Origin: the human T2T-CHM13v2.0 reference genome, Homo sapiens
Reading direction: 5' to 3' (one strand)
NCBI RefSeq assembly: GCF_009914755.1
Contig: NC_060944.1
Length of the DNA: 64,000 nucleotides
Position 1 is the first letter of the stretch. Each line of letters starts with the position of its first letter. Shown here piece after piece: positions 53,231 through 64,000 of this stretch. Under the pieces are notes generated by a model. It did not search any database and was not told the DNA's origin. It saw nothing but the letters and a program-made list of their open reading frames with translations. A program made the position numbers and the translations under genes.

Positions 53231-53461
53231 ATGCCCAGGTGCCGGTGGCTCTCCCTGATCCTCCTCACCATTCCCCTGGCCCTGGTGGCCAGGAAAGACC
53301 CAAAAAAGAATGAGACGGGGGTGCTGAGGAAATTAAAACCCGTCAATGCCTCAAATGCCAACGTGAAGCAGTGTCTGTGGTTTGCCATGCAAGAATACAA
53401 CAAAGAGAGCGAGGACAAGTATGTCTTCCTGGTGGTCAAGACACTGCAAGCCCAGCTTCAG
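53231..53461 (+). CDS. CST8: Cystatin-8 (CRES), coding exon 1 (77 codons)
   Basis: accATG; MPRCRWLSLILLTIPLALVARKDPKKNETG...FAMQEYNKESEDKYVFLVVKTLQAQLQ|gtaaag. Confidence 0.97.
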
Positions 53462-54520
53462 GTAAAGGTGTCTTTCCATATAGGTGGACATTTGCATATG
53501 GTGGCACAGTTGAAGCCAGACTGAAAGAGTGGGCATATAAGAAAAATATCACTATGCAAAAATCCTAAATATGTGAATGCTTAAGAGCCTAGACACTTCC
53601 ACAGCATCAATAAGGCAGTGAACACACAGAGCACTTTCTACAAACGCTTGCGCTTTTGTTCTAAGTCCTTCGCATAGATTAACTCATTTAAACCCCAAAC
53701 TGCAAATCAAATGTTCATGTATTTGCTAAGGTTGGGAGACAGATAGAATGCTAGCCATGAGAAAAGATCTGATAAAGGTGAGTCCAGGTGAACCTGGACC
53801 CAACTAGCAGACACTCCTTCATCTCCTGCTGTAATCCTTTAATGCCAGATGAAAACAGATTTAAATGGACATCACAAGTAGCCTTGATTGCATTCAGTCA
53901 CTAATGAGTTCAACAAATACTAATGTCCTGCTATAAACCTACTGCTGTTCTACTCACTAAAGACTCAGCAGAGAACAAGACAGGCAAACTCATGCCTGCA
54001 TGGGTCCTCATGGACTGTGTGCTGAGCTGGTGGGAGGGGCTTTGGGTGGGGAAACCCCAGAGGATGGGAGGTTTCACAGGAATCTGAGGGACTGGGGCCT
54101 AATGTGGCTGAGGGGGCTGTCCCCTGGTCAGGCCTGTGTGAACCTGAGCATCTCAGGCCCAGGAGAGCTGATGGTTCTGAAGAGCCCACCTTTCACCTCT
54201 CAGTCCTCACTGAGCATGCAGCATGCCCTGGGCTTGGGGACAGGAAATGGAATGAGAAGGCCTTGCTTTCAAGGAGGTGACAAACTGGAGAGGAGTCTTT
54301 ACTCAAGTGTCCAGCTCCAGGAGCCTATGGAGTCCTGACTGATCTTGTTGTACACAGGGCTCCAGGCAGTGGGCATCTTAGCCTTCCGCTAAAGCTCTGT
54401 CTGGGGGTGAGGGAGGAAGGAAAGAGGAAAGGACGAGAGTAAGAGTAATTTTTTTTTTTTGTCAAAACTTTAAAAAAGTACAACTCTTTTGAATAAAATT
54501 GCATAATTGCTAACCAACAG

Positions 54521-54634
54521 GTCACAAATCTTCTGGAATACCTTATTGATGTAGAAATTGCCCGCAGCGATTGCAGAAAGCCTTTAAGCACTAATGAAAT
54601 CTGCGCCATTCAAGAAAACTCCAAGCTGAAAAGG
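54521..54634 (+). CDS. CST8: Cystatin-8, coding exon 2 (38 codons)
   Basis: gctaaccaacag|VTNLLEYLIDVEIARSDCRKPLSTNEICAIQENSKLKR|gtaggt. Confidence 0.97.
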
Positions 54635-55369
54635 GTAGGTGATGAACCACTCATCTGTGACGGCCTAGGCAGCTCTGAACCCAAGAGAGAAAGCTGAGGC
54701 ACGCAGACCTTCTCTTTGAGGTCTGGGTGGCTCCCAGTGTTTAGCCCCAGATAGCCAACCCTGTGGCCTTTATAGCAGAAGATCCAGGGCCACGGAACGT
54801 GGTGGAACCCTCTGAGCTTCTTTCTCATCCTTCATCCTGCAGAAAGGATGTTGTCAAGACCACTCTTATCTCAAGGGCTCCATTGACTTCTGGCCTTTTG
54901 ATGCAGGCACACTGGACAACACATAATCACCAAAAGCCTGTCCTCTTGGGTCCAGACAAGCCACTCACTATTGCTGGGCCCATGGTCACTCATCCCCATA
55001 CAGACACAAAAGGAACTTCATTCATTCACTCATCCACTCATAGAAAATTACTGAGCACCAGGTGCTACGTGCTTTGCACCAGGTCTATTCTGGGTGCTGG
55101 AGATTAAGCAATGACTAAGCCAGAGGGTGGCCCCACCCTCCTGGGTTTACAGTTGATTTTTGCTGGGATCAGTCCAGGTTTCCAGGAAGGTTGGGGCAAA
55201 CCCACAGACTCCCAACAAAAGGAGGACTTGGCCCAGGGGCTTTTGGCTTCAAGCCTGTATTTTTTATCTCAGAGCAGCTCATAGGCCAGTACTTGGTCCC
55301 AGACAGATGAAGCCCTGAGCATTCTGCAGGTTTGCCCAACAGGTGCATCACTGTCCCTGTCTTTACATT

Positions 55370-55558
55370 GGTGGTTCTCCAATGTGAGCAGGCATCACAA
55401 TCACTTGGAGGTATTGACAAACCCTGATGACCGGGTTCCACCGGCAGAGTTTCCAATTCAGGAAATGGGATCTAAGAATTTGCATTCTTAATGAGTTCCT
55501 GAGTGGTGCTACTGCTGCTGCTGCTGCTGGCCTTAGGATCATTTTGAGAACCACTGCT
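55370..55558. mobile_element. MER5A-like element
   Basis: gtggttctc...aatttgcattcttaa...ttttgagaaccactg. Confidence 0.65.
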
Positions 55559-56379
55559 TTATGCACTGCCATGGCACAGGAAATTGCAGGTACATTTATG
55601 AACTGCCCTGCCATTATGTTTGATGAAAACTGCCTCTGTATGCTCAAATGAAACAAACCCTATCATTTCCAGCTCACAATAAATGACCCGTCAGGACAAA
55701 CATTTCAGCAGTGAGCTTGTCCGAATGCTATCTGATCTTTTATGCTTGTTTTATCTTTTACTGGTATTAGGAATATGGTTGCTTTAAATTTATATTTTCT
55801 CCCGGGCTTTTAGGGATTGTAGAAAAGTTTTTGCTTTTGGCAGTTTGTAGAAAATATTAAAGTGCATTAAAGAAAATTGTTCTCAAGGAGCCCACTTGTG
55901 TCTAAGATTTCCATGATACGTCTCAGTTTTTAAGACATACATGTTCAAGCAGACATTTGTCAATAATAAAAACTTTCTCTTTTTCCAAGCAGATGCATTT
56001 GGTTTCCCAAATTTGATGTAATTTGCCTGTAAAGTCATCTTGATCCAGTACTTTTTGTTGCATATTTTCAATACTCAGCAGGGACTAAACTTTCTTCTTT
56101 CTGACTTTGTCTGCTTCTTAACTCCTGGAAGTGCCCCAGTGATTTCAGTCTATTTGAGATGGCCCTTGCGGTTTGTCCAGGACCACTATCTCTCTGCCTA
56201 CCCATCTATCTACCCATCCATCCATCCATTCATTAATCTGTCACATACACATAGGATATTTTGTTTGTCATTTCAATGATATTTTGAAAGAAAAGCAGAG
56301 TTCTTTGGAAGAAAAGATATGTTAGGCCCTAGAATTTTCTAAATTGCTCTTGACTTGTTATTAGAACAAAAGGGATTTT

Positions 56380-57020
56380 AAAAAGTTTATTGTAGATTCA
56401 GGGGTACACATGCAGGTTTGTTATATGTAAATTCGTGTCACAGGGGTTTGGTGTACAGATTATTTCATCACACAGGTAGTAAGCACAGTACCCGATATGG
56501 TATTTTTTTCTGATCCTCTCTCTCCCCCGCCCTCCATTGTCCAGGAGGCCCCAGTGTCTGTTGTTCCCTCTTTGTGTCTATGTGTTCTCATTGTTTAGCT
56601 CTCACTTATAAGTGAGAACATGTGGTATTTGGTTTTCTGTTTCTGCATTAGTTTGCTTAGGATAATGGTCTGCAGCTCCATTCATATTACTGCAAAGGAC
56701 ATTATCTCATGTTTTATGGCTGTGTAGAATTCCATGGTGTACATGTACCACATTGTTTTTTTAATCTAGTCCACCATTGACAGGCATTTAGGCTGACTTG
56801 ATGTCTTTGCTACTGTGAATGGTGCTGCAGTGAACATACATGTGCATGTGTCTTCGTGGTAGAACAATTTATATTCCTTTGGGTGGGATTCCTGGGTTGA
56901 ATGGTAATTCTGTTTTTAGTTCTTTGAGGAATCACCTCACTGCTTTTCACAATGGGTGCACTAATTTGCACTCCCACCAGCAGTGTGTAAGCATTCCCTT
57001 TTGTCCACAACCTTGCCAAT
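56380..57020 (-). mobile_element. L1 (L1PA15/16-like) 3' end in CST8 intron
   Basis: agattcaggggtacacatgcaggtttgtta...gctctcacttataagtgagaacatgtgg. Confidence 0.88.
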
Positions 57021-57392
57021 ATTAAAATGGATTATTTAATCAATAAAATAACATACTTTAATTAACAATTAGAATCATTTCATTTACATTGTATTAAAGG
57101 GAATTAAACATAATGTCAAGTTTATATCTGAACTTGCACCACAATGTTATGATTATTAACATTTCTTGTCTTCCTGTGGTTAAAATAGAACAGAGATCCC
57201 TCTGGGAAACTGCTGATGGCTATGAAGTCTGCAGCCTCTAGCTCTGCAGATTCCTGGGAGCTCGCTCGAGAGTGGTGACCCATCTGTCAGCACACACCTA
57301 AACTGACACCTAGCAACAGGACAATTGTTTTTCTTTTCTTTTTTTTTTTTTTTTGGCACTCTACTAATTTTTGTTGTTGTCATCTTTTTCAG

Positions 57393-57476
57393 AAATTAAG
57401 CTGCAGCTTTTTGGTAGGAGCACTTCCCTGGAATGGTGAATTCACTGTGATGGAGAAAAAGTGTGAAGATGCTTAA
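57393..57476 (+). CDS. CST8: Cystatin-8, coding exon 3
   Basis: ctttttcag|[27 protein letters not shown]; total 142 aa. Confidence 0.97.
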   Translation, partial: KLSCSFLVGALPWNGEFTVMEKKCEDA

Positions 57477-57760
57477 TGGTGTTTTGAGGCATCCCTCCAA
57501 CCTCTGTGACTACTTTATCCATGAAAATGAAGCAATGGCAGGTGGGAGGCTCTTCCCAATGTGCTTTCTTCATGCATGCCTCTCTGCTTGGTGTTTTGTT
57601 TTTTAGTTGCATATATGTGGGGACAGAAGATGGGCATGTCCAGGTCCTCTTTGCTGGCACCGAACACAGCCACGCACCTTTGTTCAGCTTGGTGGTCTAC
57701 CCATCACCAAGTACAAAGGTTAGGGTGAGGTCTGATTCCATTCCCTACAGCAAATCAGAG

Positions 57761-58872
57761 TATTGGGGTAAATTCAGCCAGATATCAGGTTAAATTCACC
57801 CCCCATATTTCACATAGGTTCTTTTCTATTTTCCCTAAGTGTCAGCCAGTCTGAGAAATAAAGGGACAGAGTATAAAGGGAAAAATTTTAAAGCTGGGTG
57901 TCCGGGGGAGACATCACATGTCGGCAGGTTCCATGATGCCCCCTGAGCCTTAAAACCAGCAAGTGTTTATTAGTGATTTTCAAAAGGGGAGGGAGTGTAC
58001 AAATAGGGTGGGGGTCACAGAGATCACATGCTTCACAAGGTAATAAGATATCACAAGGCAAATGGAGGCAGGGCAAGATCACAGGACTACAGGACTGGTG
58101 AGAAATTAAAATTGCTAATGAAGTTTCAGGCACGCATTGTCATTGATAACATCTTATCAGGAGACAGGGTTTGAGAGCAGACAACTGGTCTGACCAAACT
58201 TTATTAGGTGGGAATTTCCTCGTCCTAATAAGCCTGGGAGCACTACGGGAGACTGGGGCTTATTTCATCCCTACAGCTTCAACCATAAAAGATGGCCGCC
58301 CCCCAAAGCGGCCATTTTAGAGGCCTACCCTCAGGGATGCATTCTCTTTCTCAGGGATGTTCCTTGCTGAGAAAAAGAATTCAGTGATATTTCTCCCATT
58401 TCCTTTTGAAAGAAGAGAAATATGTCTCTGTTCTGCCCAGCTCACAGGTGGTCAGAGTTTAAGGTTATCTCTCTTGTTCCCTGAACATTGCTGTTATCCT
58501 GTTCTTTTTTCAAGGTGCCCAGATTTCATATTGTTCAAACACACATGCTCTACAGACAATTTGTGCAGTTAACGCAATCATCACAGGATCCTGAGGCAAC
58601 ATACATCCTCCTCAGCTTACGAAAATGACAGGATTAAGAGATTAAAGTAAAGACAGGCATAGGAAATCACAAGAGTATTGACTGGGGAAGTGATAAGTGT
58701 CCATGAAATCTTCACAATTTATGTTCAGAGATTGCAGTAAAGACAGGCATAAGAAATTATAACAGTATTAATTTGGGGAACTAATAAAAGTCCATGAAAT
58801 CTTCACAATTTATGTTCTTCTGCCATGGCTTCAGCCGGTCCCTCCGTTCGGGGTTCCTGACTTCCTGCAACA
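57761..58872 (-). mobile_element. MER11 solo LTR (HERV-K(HML-8))
   Basis: Reverse complement starts tgttgcaggaagtcaggaaccccgaacggagggaccggctgaagccatggcagaagaac; about 1.1 kb; flanked by cagag on both sides. Confidence 0.9.
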
Positions 58873-59103
58873 CAGAGGAGGAATGAATCCCTTTGGCTTG
58901 GGTAAAAAATCCCTTACAGAGGTCTGAACCCACTGGGTGCTAACTCAGCAGGTTCCATCTGGATGCTTCCTTTGGCCTGAGGCTCTTCCTGTCTAAGAGT
59001 CCTGAATGGACAGGTCATTTGGTCTGGGGGACCCCTGTGACAGAACTAGTAGCCCTCCCCTGTGGGATCTCTATAAATTGGGGGATTTGTGTTTCTTCCT
59101 ATA

Positions 59104-59440
59104 TGTATTAGTCTGTTCTCACACTGCTGATAGACATACCTGATACTGGGTAATTTACAAAGATTAGAGGTTTAATTGACTCACAGTTTCACATGGTTGA
59201 GGAGGCCTCACAATCACGGCAGAAGGTGAATAAGGAGCAAAGTCATGTCTTACATGGTGGCAGGCAGAGAGCTTGTGCAGGGGAACTCCCATTTATAAAA
59301 CCATCAGATCTTGTGAGACTTATTCACTACCACAGAAACAGTATGGGGGAAACCACCCCATGATTCAGTTATCTCCAGCTATCCCTAACCTTGTCATGTG
59401 GGGATTATTACAATTCAAAGTGAGATTTCAAACCATATCA
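59104..59440 (-). mobile_element. THE1/MST MaLR LTR
   Basis: tgtattagtctgttctcacactgct...aaaccatatca. Confidence 0.85.
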
Positions 59441-61392
59441 CTGTGTATGTAAACAATGGTCACAAAGAGAGAGGGGTGGTGGCAATAAATCTTGAAGGAT
59501 AAGCTGTGTTAGATTGAGTGTATCTGTTCATGGGTGTACATGTGTGTGCATGTGTGTGTGTGTGTGTGTATTTGTGTGTGCATGTATGTGTGTGTGTAGA
59601 GAGAGAGAGGGAAGAGGGAGAGAGGGAAAGGGGACTTGGAGAAGGAAGTAGCCAAACAAGGAGAAGAGCAGGAGACAAAATTCTCTTGAAGAAAGTAACT
59701 ATTAAACAGATGTGTCTAACAGAGAATTATTTAATGGGTGGAGTTTCTGCAAAATGAAAAGCTCTGGAGGTTGGATGCATGACAATGTAAATAGACAACA
59801 CTGCTGAACTACACACTCAAAAATAGTTCAGATGGTACATTTTGTATGTATTTTGCCATAATTAAAAATTTTAAAAATAGATGTATCTATTTTAAACATA
59901 GTGTTGGTTATGACTCAAGAGGCTAATTGTATCTCCAATGTCCATTAGGAGAAGCCAGGTTTTATCTCCCATGGCTTGCTTGGTAGGTGGTAGGGATTTC
60001 AGTATTTCTGCCCCCGACAGGATGAGGCCATGAAACTCCAAGGCCTCAAACTACTTTTTCCTCTGGTTCCTCTGACTTAGCCAATGCGTGTTTCAGGAGT
60101 TGGAGACTGTCGCCCTGCCTTCAGGCAGCAGAGACAAGTGGAACTTGCCTTGGAAAGCCTCTGCTGTTCCTAGCTGTCTCCTCTCCCTCTTCAGCCCCTG
60201 CCTGTGGTCTCTGTCTGTGTGCCACTCCCGTTATGCCCACCCTGCTTCCTCTGCTGAGGCCCCACTCTGCTTCCTTGTTTCCCTTCTCAAATCCCCAACT
60301 AACAAAGGAACCAGGATTGGAATGTGATGTATCTTTTATTACTTGAGATTAATACATGTATCCTGATTGAAAGTGCTTCTTTCCTATGTGCTTGGAAGAC
60401 TCCATAAGAAATTGCCCTCCCGTCCCTCTACCCCAGACACAGGAAGTCATGAGCCATGAGGAACAGCAGGCTAGAGAAGACCACAGCCCTGCCTTCCAGG
60501 GGCTCCCAGTGGCTGCATGGACTTATAGCTCTATGTGTCTTTTCTGGTTTTCTGGGATATGAGTGTCTTAAGAAAGACAGCATTTTTGGAACATCTTGAA
60601 TTGTCTTTCCTGATAGATAGGTGAGAGGCAGCCTCAAGGACTCAGATGTCGGGAGAAGACAAGGATCAGCAGTGTGTGACCAGCTTGGATGCAATACAGT
60701 GGGGATGATGCCCACCTGTGCTGTGTACAGATCTGCTTCCTGTACAGGCCTAGAGACACATCACATATATGTGTTTCTATGCACAGGTCTATTTCTAAGT
60801 GCATTTCTATTTATATTAAAATTTTATTTAATTTAATGTTATCTCTTTTCAACCTGCCTGTCTTAATCTCTTCCTTTCATTTTCCCTCTAAACACAGCCA
60901 AACTGAAATAAAATGCAAAACAAGCTTCATTTCTCCTATCCAGCATTTAATGTCTTTTTGCTAAGATATTACAGGAGAACACACAACACACGTGCATTCA
61001 CATGGACTCACTCTACACCACCTTTCCCTGCCTTTTCCAGAAATGAGCCCACTGTCACAGGGCCTGCTGCGTTCTCTTAAAGGTCATGGGGAGCTCTGAA
61101 TGCCCAGTGCTGTCTGGGCCTGAAATGCAGGAGCACTGGGAACACAGGAGACCATGGAGCTGGAGGGGAAGGGGCAGAACCAGGCAATTCATGTGGTCTT
61201 GGATGCTGCCAGGCTCAGGATTCACAGGGGGGTCCTTGCCCTCTACCTTGCTGTCCTCCTTGCAGGGATGCATGGCCTGTCCACCTGGCGACCAGTCATG
61301 GCCATGCTGTGAGTGAGAACAAGCAGGAATTCAGCTGAGGACAATCTTGGGCAGGGCAGTGGGGACCTTGCTGGTTGGTGGGGAGTGAGGTC

Positions 61393-61827
61393 TGTCTCAG
61401 TCTGTTTGTGTTGCGATAAAAGTCTGTTTGTGTTATCTGAGGTGGCTAATTTATAAAGAAGAAGTTTATTTGGCTCACAGTTCTGTAAGCGGTAGCAGCA
61501 GCATAGTGCTTCTTGTGCAGGAGAGAGAGAGACAGTGTGAGAAAGAGAGAGAAAGGGGAAGGGTAGGAGGGAGAGAGAGAGAGAGAAACAGAGAGGACAG
61601 AGAGGAGAAAGGGAGAATAGAGACACAGAGAGGAGAGGCGGGGAGGGAGGTGCCAGGCACATTTTAACACTCAATCTTACGGTGGGAAACTCTCTCATTA
61701 CCTCGAGGAAGACACCAAGCCATTCATGAGGGATCTACCCAAGCACCTCCCACCAGGCCCCACCACCAACTCTAGGGATTAAATTTCAACATGAGACTTG
61801 GAAGGGACAAACATCCAAACTATATCA
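61393..61827 (-). mobile_element. MST-like MaLR LTR with internal GA-rich repeat
   Basis: tgtctcagtctgtttgtgttgc...gggacaaacatccaaactatatca. Confidence 0.8.
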
Positions 61828-64000
61828 AGATGCAAGGTGTTGACCCTGCTGGGACCAGGGGTGGGCTGCCTGCGGACCACAGGGACAGCAGCAGCATAGA
61901 GCTCAGAGCCACAGACTTGGGAAGGAGCCCGGTGTGCTCTGGTCTCAGAGGACGTGAGTGCTGTCCCAGCTTAGCCGGTTTCTACCTGTAGGGCCTTCAC
62001 CACCTAACTTAATCCCATCTGCTCACACATGACCTGGGAGAGTGTCAGGACTGCCTGCCCCCCAGGGGCCTGGTGGAATGGGAGGCAAGAGGGGTGGGCC
62101 TGGGAGTAATGTCCCATGTGCGTCCTAGGAGGGGCCCTCCTTCTCCTACGTGGTTGGTACACTTAGACCATTAGATGCATTTGTAAAATCTGCAAAAATG
62201 TCAGGGACAGACAGTCATCAAAACCTGGGGGCGGACGGTGCCCCTGAGAGTGTGGGGGTGAAAATGGCAGCCAATCAGTGCCCTCCGCTGATTCTTTCTG
62301 GACCTCTGTGTGGTGGGGTGGCTGGGTGGGGGGGTGCAGGTGGAGGGTGAACAGGGGGTGGGCTCTGGGGGACTCACTTGTGCCTCAGCGAAGGGGACTG
62401 TTTTACTCCCACCCCCAGGCCATGTTACTTCCTTCTTGCTCTCTTCTGTAACTCTGTCCAGAAAAAAAATTGCTTGAAATTTGGAAAAAGGCAGAGGGAG
62501 ATCAGCAGAGCTTCCACCACCATTTTGGAACGTTACTTAACAGGCCTACTGCGGGTGATGGAGTTATCTAGGGAATGTGCCTCTGTTTGACTCGGTCTTT
62601 GTTATTGATTTAAGGCCAGATTCTAAATTTACTGTTAACTTGTGGAGCTTTTTGTCCAAGGGAGATGCCAGTGATTTCTGTGCAGCAGAAAAGATCTCCC
62701 CAGATGCTGTGGATTTTCTGCTCTTTAGGAACTGAACCAGTTATGTAACTGACCTGGGATTTCCCCTCATGCCCAATAACTACGACTCCTCCAGTTCTCC
62801 TTCAGATAGTATCGCCCATTGCTGGTTTTCTCTTTACAGAGTTGAGGGAATCAGATGCTCCTTCTGTGTTTGTAAGTAGTCTAGGTTTATAACTTTCTGA
62901 AAATTACCCTATTGCAGTCTCCATGTGAATCCCCCAAAGTTCCCCACAGTCCAGGGCATCAGGTTTGTCCGATGGATTCAGGGCCTGCTGCCTTCCCTCC
63001 CTCCCTCTGCCCCATCCCGTGTCGGGTCCCCGCAGGGAGACTGAGGCACGCCTCCTCAGACACCTACCGCTCGCTATGGAGGGGACAGAGTGAAGGGTGT
63101 GAGTGATACACAGAAAAATACCCAATGGCTAAGAGATGTCTTTGATGGACATGCACCTTGGCCCCTTGTGTAGGGGCTTGGCAACTGCAGGGCCACCTAG
63201 GAGTCAGCTGTGGTCCAGAGAAGGCGACACTGCGAATGTACTATTTGGATCCTGCCCAGGGAAGAGAGCAAGTGCTCAGACGCTGATGATGGCCACCCAT
63301 TACCAGATAGGAACATTTTTGGTCGTGAACTTATGATGCCTGAAGACAATAAAATGAGCATCATGTCCCTGGAGCAATTATTGTTCCTTTTTTCTGGTTC
63401 CAAACTCCTTCAGATTCCTTGTTTTTAATAACACACCTGCATCCTCAAATACAGAGACATTCTGAGTGAGCTGCTGGGGGCACCTTCTGTGTGGACACGC
63501 CGGCTTTCTGCTTTGCTAACCGTATTCCTGGAGGCTTTGTCACCTACACCATGCTGTAGCTTGACCACCCAGGTGAAGCTGATAAAACTCCAAATCTGAC
63601 AGTTCAAGACTCAGTGACTGAGCCCTGTTCCAGAAGCAAGGTGACAGAACCTCAGGGCATGGAGGTAAAAGCCACACCTGCTTGTGGAATTTTGCCTTGA
63701 CTTCCGTTGTGGATGAAACTAGCTCCACTGGTGTAGCCACAGAAGCCACCTAAAAGCCAGCACTTACTGAAATGTCCAGGAAACCAGTCCAGGGTGGAGA
63801 GCCCATGAGACCAAATAGTTTGGAAATCACTTCTGCAAATATCATTGCTTTAATTTTGTTTTAAAACAAAATTAAAGAAAGGGGAAAGCATGGTGGGGGT
63901 ATGTGCTAGTGTGAGACAAAGTAGCAATGGTGAGAAGCCTGTGTGCTCTTGCCTGCTTGCAGCGGAATCTCACAATGCCCCTGACTCTGCAACAACATGC

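Noticed and set aside
58640-58820. Direct repeat of about 90 bp
   Set aside because: Recalled as an intrinsic part of the MER11 LTR, not locus-specific
60456-60620. Hydrophobic stretch WLHGLIALCVFSGFLG before a gtgaga donor as exon 1 of another cystatin
   Set aside because: No cystatin helix or YN/FN motif and it contains stops; too weak

Overview
Human (or very close hominid) genomic DNA from the CRES-subgroup type 2 cystatin cluster, recognised as 20p11.21. Three intact genes were assembled from the sequence, each with three coding exons and GT-AG phase-0 introns: CSTL1 (+, 145 aa), CST11 (-, 138 aa) and CST8/CRES (+, 142 aa). A fourth cystatin is an unprocessed pseudogene at about 37.2-41.4 kb (CST12P locus). 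It has an early stop and a frameshift in exon 1, and its exon 2 is split by a young antisense L1. Intergenic DNA is repeat-rich: a HERV-K(HML-3)/MER9 provirus (28.5-35.0 kb), a MER11 solo LTR behind CST8, an MLT2A LTR in front of CST8, a Y3-RNA retrocopy, Alus, L1s, DNA-transposon relics and long simple repeats. Four observations stand out. (1) The L1 junction in the pseudogene creates an in-frame splice acceptor, leaving a stop-free 113-aa leaderless cystatin-domain ORF. (2) The pseudogene looks closer to rodent cystatin SC than to Cst12. (3) The provirus has lost its 3' LTR but keeps its target-site duplication. (4) Its dUTPase-protease frame is open and has its own ATG. Repeat subfamily names and comparisons to reference proteins are from memory and need database confirmation. 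Most short ORFs in the supplied track are spurious.
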